Shown: piece by piece, positions 52,430-64,000 of the stretch
Layout of the letters: every line of letters begins with the position of its first letter
How positions within the stretch are numbered: the stretch's first letter is position 1
NCBI GenBank assembly: GCA_964016885.1
Contig: OZ024740.1
Location: 62,992,001-63,056,000, forward strand
Length of the DNA stretch: 64,000 nucleotides
DNA from: Eledone cirrhosa
Lineage: Eukaryota
Direction: 5' to 3'
The notes under the pieces: model-generated
Seen by the model: only the letters and a program-made list of their open reading frames with translations
The model's database searches: none
Told to the model about the DNA's origin: nothing
Position numbers and translations under genes: made by a program

Positions 52430-53555
52430 CAAATATTTAAAATTTGGCTTCGTTTATTAAAGGTGTACTGCTATATATATAGCAGTCCGAATTGGTATGG
52501 TAGGGACGGGTGCACGTGTTGTTGCGGTGTTTAATTCCGTCAATACTCCGATATGCCCAGTTCCTGGTTGGGTTATTTCTCTGAGGAACTGGAATCATAT
52601 GAATTCGAACAAACGAATTTCGGCGTCAAAGGACACTCACTCCTCCCATTGGTCAGTTGTGAGAACATTCGTCAGTCAAAAGTCTATAGAAATCTTTCTG
52701 AGGCAAGGCAATCTGTTGTGGTTGTTTTTGTTAAGTACAGCTGACCTCCTCCCTTGTATTGGTGTTAGGGGATCAGGGGATCATCAGGCAGGTCAGCTTT
52801 AGTTCGGCTGCTGCTATGTTTAGAAGAATGTGTGGGTTAGCATCCATCAGGCCACCATTTCCCGTGGGGGTGGGGTGCCAAACAGATGAAGAAATAAGAT
52901 AAAGTAAAATGGAAAAATAAAAGAATTAGAGGCAATAAAATGAAGAAAATAAAAAGATAAAAAGTAAAAAAATAAAATATACACAAAAAAAATAATAAAA
53001 TTAATAAAATAATAAAAAGAATAAGATAAAAGAATAAAAGAATAAAAGAATAAAAGAATAAAAGAATAAAAGAATAAAAGAAAATGCGTGTGTGTTATAG
53101 CCAATCTCAAAGTTTGAAAGATTTGGAAAATATTGACTGAAGTAGAAAGGATGTGTCAGAATAGGGAAGTGCAAAGGATTACTATCTTTACACTATCGTG
53201 GTGTGGTGCGTTTTAAGAGCAAATGAGACAAGGGTGGAGTGTAAAACACCAGAACCCGAGTGTTAAAAACCGGGAATTCAGTGGACTACAGTTCCTATTT
53301 CGGCATAGAGTACATATGCGTGTATGTCAACTCACATCGTTCCAAGCACACACGCACAAGCACAGGCTCAGGTGCATCCCAACCAGGAACTGGGCATATC
53401 GGAGTATTGACGGAGTTAAACACCTCAACATGTGCACCCGTCTCTACCATACCAATTCGGACTGCCTGAAGAGGTCACAGCCAAGGATGGCTGTCAGCGA
53501 AATATATATAGCAGTACACCTTTAATAAACGAACCAAAATTTTAAATATTATTTT
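52430..53555. mobile_element. PLE end with inverted copy; HHR at 53461-53515
   Basis: ~52432-52572 vs ~53378-53550 inverted; actgc-CTGAAGA-ggtcacagcca agga tggctgtcagc-GAAA-tatata-TA-gcagt. Confidence 0.82.
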
Positions 53556-53680
53556 ATTTTACATTATCCCGGAGTAACCAAACCAACCTGCGTTCCACGT
53601 CGAGTGCTCCAATCTGCATACTTAGGTGTCGGTAAACAACCAACATATGCTCAAAATTTATATATATATATATATATATA

Positions 53681-53845
53681 TAACAAAGGAGGTGTGGTAA
53701 GGAACCAGATAGACCATAACGCACCAGAATACTCAATACTTAGGGTAGTAGAGTGGGTAATAGGAAAATGTTTAACCCCGACCGCAGAGCTTAAGCCGTC
53801 GAAACGGCTTGATCTCTGCCGCCAAGGTTAAACATTTGCCTATAT
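53681..53845 (-). mobile_element. Fold-back PLE 3'-end mini-insertion (family of 3195-3390; another copy at 58511-58584)
   Basis: Tail TGTGGTAAGGAACCAG..CCATAACGCACC..TACTCAATACT and a palindrome centred near 53800. Confidence 0.75.
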
Positions 53846-54159
53846 ATAGAGAGAGATATATAGATAGACAGATAGATAGAAAGATAGTTAGTGACAGACA
53901 GAAATGAAGGGAGAGAGAGAAGGGGGCGGGGGGAAGAGAGAGATGGGAAAATAGATGAAATTCTAATATGTGTAATCCAAGAGAATTGATCTGGTATCCC
54001 CGTGATCAACGACATGAAAATTTAAAATGTTTCGAAATAAAACAGCACATACAAAGGAATGAATGTATAAATATTTTATTTATATTGTTATGAATTGCCA
54101 ACTTTAGAGACAGGCCAATAGTTAAACCGAGCTACTTAGAGTCGGTAGACAAAAAAAAA

Positions 54160-54830
54160 ACACTGGATCATCCGTCATTCGCTGTTTCTGGTTAGCGAGA
54201 TATACCACTCGACACCTTTCGTTTGGTTCTGCTATACACAACGGAATTAATTTCTCCCGTATCTAATGGGAAAACCAGTTATCTTCTAACTAGAGTCAAT
54301 CCAAACGCACGGAATAGATCATTGATTCCGTATTTTATAGAAGGAGCAACGTGAAATAAAGTGTCTTGCTCAAGAAAATAATGCATCGCCCAGTCCGTGA
54401 GGTCATGACTTCGATTCTCGGACCTGGGCGATGCGTTATATCTTTGAGCAAGACACTTTATTTCACGTTGCTTCTTCTACCTGGATTTGCGACCGATAGA
54501 TAGTAATAGCAATTGGAAAGACGAATGGAAACATCGTTTCCTCGGTCCGATTTGACGAAATTCGATCGACTGTCGATGGTTCAGTACGTTTTATATATAT
54601 TTTAGAGTATTACGATGTGTGTCTGTGTGTATTTGTATCGATGCATGTAGTTATAAAATACGGTGGCAATGATCTATTTGATGCGTTTTGGATTATCTCT
54701 AGTTAGAAGAGAACTTTTTTCGCATTAGATACGGGAGAACTTAATTTAGTTGTGTAATGTAGAACCAAACTGGAAAGGTGTCGAGTGGTATATCTCGCTA
54801 AACAGAAACAGCGAACGGCGGATGGTCCAA
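54160..54830. repeat. Diverged large inverted repeat including SINE-like arms
   Basis: GCAACGTGAAATAAAGTGTCTTGCTCAA (54346) vs TTGAGCAAGACACTTTATTTCACGTTGC (54444); outer arms ~54165-54330 vs ~54660-54830. Confidence 0.7.
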
Positions 54831-55463
54831 TGTTTTTATTTTATTCTTTTTGTATTTTTTTTTATTTATAAACCATATATTAAAAAATACACATGGACAC
54901 ACTTATTAAACACTCATAACAGAACATCACAACTGCTAAACGTACACACATACACAATGCACATATACACACATAACATTCACATACACTAAACACGAAA
55001 ACAGACACACTTCCCATTCTTTTTACATTCACATTCTGAGCCAAAATTTCACTAAACACATACGCACAGCTTGCTAAAACATACAAACATACACGTACCC
55101 ACACATTATACTCTCGTAACATATGAATGCACATTTACCACACATACATACACTCGTTATTATACACCACCACATACATAAAGGAAATATACATATTAAA
55201 AACAGACTCACGTAGATCATCACTCGCTCTTTAGCTCCTTTGGCATTTACTCAACTAGCCGTATAAAAAAAGAACTTTCTTCTCCACCTCAATTTCTTTC
55301 TCTTTCCACCATACTGATTATCTAACTCTACCGTACGTACATTTCGTTCTCATCTTTTCCTCTTTATTTCCCTTCTTTTCTCTCAGAGAGGAATATTTTT
55401 ATAAAACATTTTTCTTCATAGAGCTAATATTTCATTATTAGCTTGGTTGTTTTTTTAAAAGCA

Positions 55464-55499
<36 letters not shown>

Positions 55500-55540
55500 G
55501 GCACGCACACACACACACACGCAGGCACGCACACACACAC

Positions 55541-55655
<115 letters not shown>

Positions 55656-56031
55656 GATAGATAGATAGATAGATAAGTTACACAATTATCAAAGTTATGT
55701 TCAAATCATTTAATTGCTGACAATCGTTTCTTCCAAACTTTCGTTTGCATTAGCAATATATCTTTAGAAGGTGTCATTAGGAAAATAATAATGTAAGAAT
55801 TAAAAAAATAATAATGTCTATTAATCTCAGGACGGAGCTATTTTCTTCTTGCAGACATCGCCAAAATTCCACGTTCAGCACTATGTTTAATTTATAATAT
55901 TCCTATAATCCTTCAAAATGATCCTATCCCATTTAACAATTTAAAATTATTAATATTTTTAATATTTTAATATTTCTAAATGTGAATATCTCTAATATTT
56001 GTAATACTTTTACCTTTCAGCAAAACATTTC

Positions 56032-56080
<49 letters not shown>

Positions 56081-56148
56081 CTTCCAACAGTAATGGTTGC
56101 ATTTTTTAAGGGTATGTCAATATTTATTTATAAAACTGATCTATATTA

Positions 56149-56213
56149 TATTTTATCTGATGAAAGCACACGATAATTTAACTTGATGTCCTTGAAATAT
56201 GTATAATGAAATA
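56149..56213 (+). ncRNA. Type-I HHR
   Basis: tattttat-CTGATGA-aagcac..gtcctt-GAAA-tatgta-TA-atgaaata. Confidence 0.72.
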
Positions 56214-56252
56214 AATATGGTTTTATAAATATAGTTTCCATTTGTTAATATC

Positions 56253-56361
<109 letters not shown>

Positions 56362-57218
56362 ATTTTAATTTTTAATTTTTAATTCTTTCATTATTATTTT
56401 TTAATTCTTACATTATTATTTTCCTAATGACACCCTCTAAAAATATATTTTTTAGATGTAGATTGGTAATCATTAACTGGCATTAGAAAAATTTATCCTC
56501 TCCACGACAGTTTCTTAGATAAGCACATTACGTATCTCCATTTCAAACATTCACACATCTTTCGACTAAAATAATTAATCTCACACTAACTCTTCACATT
56601 TATCGATTAACAAACAAAATTGGAGTTATCTTTCCTTTCTCAATCGTGTAAATTAACAATATTGTGAAAACATTTTCAATGCTGAACAAAATATCCAAAT
56701 CTATAAATTGTTCTCATCTCATAACTTGAAATACCTATTTATTTACTTAAAACTCATATTATAAACAACTAATAATTGTAAATTTTCTATATATCTTTAA
56801 TACTAATACATATGCAATTATTAATATATACAGATATTTATACATATAACCTACTACAAAATTGTAATAAGTTACAAACATAATTCTCCATATAAGTATA
56901 TACATAATATAGGTAAATATTCAAATTTTTTTCCCAAAATTAACGTAAATATAAGGTCATCATTTCTTTTTTCCTTTTTCTTTTTCTCTTTTTCTTCTTT
57001 TTCTTTCTTTCCTACTAATACAAACACATATCTAAATTCTCCATAGCGTCTAAAGTAACGTTTTTTTTTTCAAACATTTACCTCAACCTCATTTACATTC
57101 ATTTGCATACTCAACTTAACAATTTTGAAAAATCTGTCTCTAAGTCCACTATCCAAGGAAAATTTCAACCGTTAAGGTATGTTCCTTGGCTATGTCAAAA
57201 TTTATAAAACACACTTTG

Positions 57219-57280
57219 TATTTTATCTGATGAAAGCGTACCAAAGTTTTTGGTACCCTTGAAATATATATAATAGAATA
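57219..57280 (+). ncRNA. Type-I HHR
   Basis: tattttat-CTGATGA-aagcgtacca..tggtaccctt-GAAA-tatata-TA-atagaata. Confidence 0.82.
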
Positions 57281-57287
57281 AATATGG

Positions 57288-57324
<37 letters not shown>

Positions 57325-58139
57325 AATAAATTAACGGAGCCATAGACTCTCGCTATTCCCTATCAATAATGTGCTCAAAGGAGAAGGAATCCTGAGCTCT
57401 TTAAAATGCAATGTGTTGAAAAAGTAACACACTAGAGAGAGATAGTGCGCCATCAATAAAACAGGGAAAACCCACCAGTGTATGGAATCCATAACATATA
57501 AAAGGCAGGGTGGACACATGATAATTAAAAATATAAATTAAAGTGCATATACATACCTCTATAACTATATAACACACACGTACAAATCCAAAGAGATCTG
57601 TTTCGGCAATAAGTTGTTGACAGAAATGAAATAGCCCATGGTTCATCAGCATGTGTAAGGCTATACATTTCAGACAACTCTAAGAGAATTTAAAGCGACC
57701 GTCCAGCTACACGTGGGACAGAGATGTCACACCTAGGGACTCTGTCCCCACAACGTTCTCAGAAATAAGTGGGTGAAGAAGAAAATATTGTCAATTTACT
57801 TTTCTATTTACATATCATATCTATAATCATATATATTTGCGTATAAAACCAACACGCACACAACATATGCTAGCAGAAAACCGGCCGTGTGCGGTTTTTC
57901 TGCTAGTAAAGATAAATAAAAAAAATAATGACAGACACGGAAGTGTTATGTGATGTGAAACCATTCATGTAACGTTTTATCCAATTCTACTCGAAGGCAC
58001 GTACACGTACAAAAATTATCAATCTCTATCTATATATAAGTGCAAGAGTTCATGCTGAAATATATCATTAAGTGCGTCGATATATAATGGAGTTAAAACA
58101 CTTGTATACATGCGTTCATGATGTTTCAATAATGTGCAC

Positions 58140-58224
<85 letters not shown>

Positions 58225-58262
58225 CATACATACATACATACATACATACATACATACATACA

Positions 58263-58298
<36 letters not shown>

Positions 58299-58304
58299 TA
58301 TATA

Positions 58305-58490
58305 TTAGAGCAAACATCACTGGCGCTCTATCTCAAAATTATTTTTGAAAAGCATTAGAAATGCGCAACCGGTAAAACTTATAACCAAAACTGAATACTA
58401 ACCAATACTATTACTAATTTTTACTTATTCCTAATTAAACTATTTTTCACTGGGAACAATTTGTCAGCATTTTATTTTCCTTTTACCAAT
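58305..58490 (+). mobile_element. Solo pLTR fragment of the Neptune-type PLE family (homolog of 8175-8370)
   Basis: CTCTATCTCAAAATTATTTTTGAAAAGCATT.GAAATGCGCAACCGGTAAAA..TTTGTCAGCATTTT..TTTACCAAT. Confidence 0.85.
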
Positions 58491-59641
58491 ATATATATAT
58501 ATATATATATAGGAACAAGTATGACCCCGACGGCAGAGCTCAAGCCGTTGCGACGGCTAATTCTGGAGTCAGAATTAGCCGTCGTGTATCCTCAACTTGT
58601 AGATAGTATTAATCTCATTATACAGATACAGAAACACCTCCCTCGTAGAAAGCATCTTCGACTCACATACACATATGCAAACACGCTTGCATGTATGTAT
58701 ATAGATACATACATGGTGGCTGCCAACTCGTTTTCGAGTACGGCCACTACTTTATATCCATGTAGGAGAACCCTTACCGATGCGCTGAACGAGTGTGACT
58801 TTTTAGTCCAGCCAGCCACTTGAAAACTCTGGTACAAACACTACACTTGTGACACTTATTGACACATAGTGCTGGGCCCATGGTACCATGTGACGACAAG
58901 TGCAGAGAGATCTCCAGATATAAAGCAATGCCTGTGCCGTGAAGCTTTTATAGTGAGCAAAGGCACTGCACAAAGCCAGTCCCACTCTCTTAACCAAGAT
59001 GATATTTACCAAAAAGAAGAACAAGTCAACATCATTGGATACCATCAAGGTTGCAGGTGTTATATCAGAGTTTTCCTGGGTCATCTCACCCGGAGATACA
59101 TACATACATACATACATACATACATACATACATACATACATACATACATACATACATACATACATACAAAATATCTTTAATTTGAAGACAGAATTAATCT
59201 CATTTTGTAGACATAGAATCTCCTCCACAAGAAACATCCACACTACTCCTATTACATACCCCGCACCATCTCATGGCTATATATGTATTCGTTTATGTGT
59301 GTGCCACAACACACACAAAAACAAGATGGCGTAGGACAGAACAAAGAAAAGAAGAGGTCACAGAATGTGTGACGAAAGAACTTTGACAATATATGAACAA
59401 TCGTCTGGTTGTGGAACCAACCAACCAACCGGAAATTTATAAATTTATAAATTTAATTTTTAATAAATTGAAGTGAAAGCAACTGGTGCGTGTGTTTCTT
59501 ATTGGCAACATGACCCTCCCAAAGTATAACAATATCGGTTTCAACACATGTTTTCAGATAAAGAATCTTGCTAAACAAATTCAGAAACGAAATATATATA
59601 TATATATGTGAGAAAAACCACAGACCCTCCATCTCAACTCA

Positions 59642-59679
59642 CCTTTTGAAAAGCAGAAGAACTGCGAAACCGGTAAAGG
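59642..59679 (+). ncRNA. Minimal HHR with compensatory U3-A8 core
   Basis: cctt-TTGAAAA-gcag aagaa ctgc-GAAA-ccgg-TA-aagg. Confidence 0.75.
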
Positions 59680-59813
59680 AACCAAATAAATATATATATT
59701 TTTAAAAAAAATAAGACTTCAGTTGCATTTTCGATTTCATCTCTTTTTCTTTATACTTCCACTCGTGTAGGACACCTCGGTTATTTTTCATTTTGTAAAA
59801 AAATAAACCTCAC

Positions 59814-59896
<83 letters not shown>

Positions 59897-60074
59897 CATA
59901 TACATATATGAATATATATATACTCACACACAAACACACACCTGTATATATTTGTGTATATGCTCGGCATACATGTATGAAAATATATTTTATTGTATAC
60001 TGTATTGAGCATAACCAATAAAAATATAAATGTGAAACATCCTTTTTTTCTTTATATATATATATAAACAATCT

Positions 60075-60745
60075 CTTTAGGAATTAAGACACCTTTAGCA
60101 CACTAATTTTTTAAGGCTTTAGATAAATGTTTTCCTAAATCCTATAAATATCATTCTATTTTTAACAGACATACAATCAAACTCTCTTACTCTACTACTA
60201 TGAATATAGCACGAAATATTAATAGAATTAATAATAGGAATTTAAAATTAAACTTAACCCAAATAAACCCGAATAGCTATAACAATATTACTAATAACAT
60301 TACTTATAATAATAATAATCATACTGTTCCTCTAGAAAACAACTCTAGAAAATGTAACTGCAGAAATAACATATCATGGCCTTTACAGAATAATTGTCTA
60401 GATACAAATTTAGTATACAAATGAACCATAAAAACTAGAGATAAATTATATAATTACAAACGTTGGTATAATCATAAACACACATTTAAGAGATTGGACA
60501 AAAAATTCTCAACATTACTATCACATTTAATTTGGTCCTTAAAAGTCTATTCGATTTCTTGGCGAAGGGTATCGAAAGCACCCGCATACCAGAATATAGC
60601 TCTTTCAAGAATTTGTCATCTCTGTATGGAAGAAATCTTTCATATAATTACCAATCCTAATAATACTATAAACAAAAAGAAAGAGGTATTTAATTCTTGC
60701 TTGCATCGATTCTCCAAGATTTTTAAAAGTATCTATAATTTATAG
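60075..60745 (+). pseudogene. Decayed Naiad-like PLE GIY-YIG fragment
   Basis: FP..YKYHSIFNRHTIKLSYS; CNCRNNISWPLQNNC; ICHLCMEE..NKKKEVFNSCLHR. Confidence 0.8.
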
Positions 60746-60919
60746 AAAATTTTATATATTGCCTTTATATCTTGCCCAGTTAGAAGTTATATGTCTTCGC
60801 TTGTTTTTAGGGGTGTTTTTAATGACGTTTTTGAAGGTATTTTTGGTGGAATTATAAGTTTTTTAAATGCATACATACAAATACTTAATATTATCAAATT
60901 TATATATAGATATAATTAA

Positions 60920-61225
60920 TTGTTTCTATTTTTGGCACAGGGCCAGCAATTATCACAGTGTATTACTGGTGCTTTATTTTATCGACCCCGTAAGGATGAA
61001 AGGCAAAGTTAACCTCGGCGTGATTTAAACTCAGACCATAAAGAGCCATACCTCTTTGCTGCAAAGCATAGCGTCAGACCCTCTACCGATACTGCCAATC
61101 CACCACCCTTATATACATAGATATAATTAATTGTTTCTACTTTTGGCACAAGGCCAGCAAATATCCAGTTCATTACTGGTACTTTATTTTATCTACCCGG
61201 TAAGGATGAAAGGCAAAGTTAACCT
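60920..61225 (-). mobile_element. Two tandem SINE copies (60920-61108 near full length; 61130-61225 partial)
   Basis: TTGTTTCTA.TTTTGGCACA.GGCCAGCAA..ACTGGT.CTTTATTTTATC.ACCC.GTAAGGATGAAAGGCAAAGTTAACC occurs twice. Confidence 0.85.
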
Positions 61226-62044
61226 TTTACATATACTATAATTATAATATAATTTGAAAGTAATTATTAGGCTAAACCCTAAATCTAACTATATCTTTGA
61301 ATAACTTAATCTCCTTAAACTAATAAAAATTAGTTATCTTTTCCTTTGATAAAAACTTGTTTACATTTAACTTTTAAGAGACATTCAAACTTTATATAAA
61401 TATTTAAAATTTTTTAATTTATATTTCTATCCTGATGCAACTATAGATTATACAAAATATTATAGATCTTCTATATAAAAATATAATTATTTCCACATTC
61501 TTAAGCTATATATCGAAAATGTAAACATATCTTCGCTCAGCATTTCCTGTTTTCATATGTAAACAGAATCTATATCCAACCATAACTATTTATGTACTAA
61601 GTAAATAAAATATGTATTCACCATAACTATTTATATATTAAATAAATGGTTTAACATTAATTTATAATCCACACCTTATATTATAAATACTGCCAAATTA
61701 TATAATTAAATAAATAAAAATAAATATAATTATTTCATTCTTTCTACTACACCCATGTAAATATGTTTCGGACACTTATATTCCTATAAATAGCTTCACA
61801 TTTTTTTTTCTTAAAATCTTTTCGTCAATTTTTTCTTCAACTTTAATAGTAAACCACTCTTTTCTTTTCTTTTTAAAAAATAATTCTGATAATTATTTAA
61901 ATATACCTTGCGTCTAAACATAACGGTGTTTTTCAGTTTTAACGTTATCCTCATTAGCATATTCATCTTGAGTTTCGAAGTTTTATTCACTATTTACATA
62001 GAATTATAACATTACTTATGTCATTATCTGTAAACCAATTATTG

Positions 62045-62105
62045 TATTTTATCTGACGATAGCGTACCAAAATACTGGTACCCTTGAAATATATATAATA
62101 AAATA
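62045..62105 (+). ncRNA. Type-I HHR
   Basis: tattttat-CTGACGA-tagcgtacca..tggtaccctt-GAAA-tatata-TA-ataaaata. Confidence 0.82.
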
Positions 62106-62137
62106 AATATGTTTTTTATAAAGATAGTTTCCATTTA

Positions 62138-62286
<149 letters not shown>

Positions 62287-62544
62287 ACACACACACATAC
62301 ATACACACACACATATATATATATATGTATATGTAGGAGGTGAGTTTTATTGTAGTACAATAAAGCAATGCAGATATCGGATAAGAAGCACTCTACAGTT
62401 TGTGGGACTGGAGTATGCATAATATAAGATCAAAAGATGGTTAAAGGAGTTCAATATATTTTATTATGCGCATTTCAAAAACAAACATCATCAAACAATA
62501 ATATTTGTGTTTTCATTATATATATATGTATATATATATATAAG

Positions 62545-62740
62545 TTCATCTCGGGTGTTCAATCGGGGGTAACCACAGTAAGTAAGGTACTCAATACATA
62601 GCAGAGTATAAATATTTGATATAGAAAGGCTTCTATAGGACTATAACTGTTTCATTCGGTAGAAATCATCAGGAAGCCCTGGCTCCCTGATGATTTCTAC
62701 CGAATGAAACAGTTACAGTACTGTAGAAGCCTTTCTATAT
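62545..62740. mobile_element. Fold-back PLE end with back-to-back HHRs (62628-62678 minus; 62681-62731 plus)
   Basis: ggctcc-CTGATGA-tttctaccgaat-GAAA-cag ttacagta ctg-TA-gaagcc and its mirror; tail homologous to 9228-9297. Confidence 0.82.
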
Positions 62741-62797
62741 ATATATATATATATTAATAATATACGTGAAGACTAAAATCTGAAGGAGGCTTGATGA

Positions 62798-62887
<90 letters not shown>

Positions 62888-62895
<8 letters not shown>

Positions 62896-63153
62896 ATACT
62901 TTGGGAGGGTCATGTTGCCAATAAGAAACACACGCACCAGTTGCTTTCACTTCAATTTATTATAATAAATTTATAAATTTAAGAATTTATAAATTTATAA
63001 ATTCCTAAATTTATAAATTTATTATAATAAATTGAAGTGAAAGCAACTGGTGCGTGTGTTTCTTATTGGCAACATGACCCTCCCAAAGTATAACAATATC
63101 GGTTTCAACACACGATTTCAGATAAAGAATCTTGCTAAACAAATTCAGAAACG

Positions 63154-63156
<3 letters not shown>
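62888..63156. repeat. Fold-back element in (TA)n; homolog at ~59430-59595
   Basis: 62888-62980 vs ~63006-63098 inverted arms plus tail CGGTTTCAACAC..CAGATAAAGAATCTTGCTAAACAAATTCAGAAACGAAA. Confidence 0.75.
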
Positions 63157-63217
<61 letters not shown>

Positions 63218-64000
63218 CCCGTAGAGCAAATATTTATCATAAGAATAGATTAAAGTATAAACAAAGAATCGCTACTTATAATAAATATTTACTCTATGGG
63301 TTTCCCCCATGTTCTTCCTCCATTTCCTCTCTTTCCTTTTCTCTCTCCTTTTTTCTCTCTTTCTCTCTCCTTTTCCACCTGGCCGTTTGATTAATAAAAG
63401 GCCTCGGGCGCACCCAAACTACACCGATGTCCTGTAATTCAGCGCCGAAACATCGGTTCAGGATACATTTACAGCTGACGATGGGAACTTCCTTTCTCCT
63501 CCTGTTCCGTCCTAACCACCATCCTAAACATTGTTTTTAGTAACCACACAGCTCCTTTCGTTTCATAACTTTTTGTATTTACTGCTGTGACCCTACCTAC
63601 TTTGTTCGACCTGTGTACCCTCCACACTTTCTCATCGACCCTCCTTTTTCTCTTCCCTTCTCCTCCTCACTCTCGTTTTTATTCTCTCTCCCTCTCTCTC
63701 TCTATCCATCCGTTCGGTTTTGATTGTTGACATGTTTACATGTGCCGTGGTGGCCTCTCTGTCCGCAATCTTTGCGGCACGTTTTTACCACCGTCGTAAA
63801 TAAACCCTTCTGGATTATCTCCCTTTCCCTTCTCCTCCTCATTTTTGGTTGCCCGTGTCTCTCTCTCACTTTCTCCTGTTTATGTGAGAGGCAGCACGAT
63901 TATACCAGCTCTGAGTCGTAACTGACCACCAGGCTAAAGTCTCCCAGGTTGGCCACAACTTACTTTCCCAATTTTTCCACGGTTGCTTTTTTTGCCTGTT

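Noticed and set aside
58803-59334. Three overlapping ORFs that might be a host exon
   Set aside because: No recognisable domain; length inflated by (TACA)n; no supportable splice structure

Overview
AT-rich, microsatellite-dense eukaryotic (metazoan) repeat DNA. The SINE family resembles octopus/coleoid cephalopod SINEs, but that assignment is inference. No host protein-coding gene is supportable; most short ORFs in the track are translated (TA)n/(CA)n repeats. The window holds one near-intact Neptune-type Penelope-like element (PLE; RT + GIY-YIG), six decayed Naiad-like PLEs, a 6.8-kb composite Helitron with canonical ends, three R4/Dong-like REL non-LTR retrotransposons, an RTE fragment, tRNA-derived SINEs and a mariner-type MITE. 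The dominant hidden signal is non-coding: about 28 hand-foldable type-I hammerhead ribozyme (HHR) motifs plus several degenerate ones, from 10 or more sequence families. They sit in PLE pseudo-LTR ends, fold-back mini-insertions and 424-469 bp tandem retrozyme-like repeats. The tandem family keeps an ATGCAAAT octamer upstream of its ribozyme, and several HHRs have non-canonical cores (U3-A8, U4C, A13C). Other notable signals: a U_UUU_UUA -1 frameshift candidate joining two PLE ORFs, a multi-pseudoknot at the 5' end of the R4-like element, and a head-to-tail Helitron fusion carrying a MITE-derived minisatellite. All folds were done by eye and need computational and biochemical confirmation.
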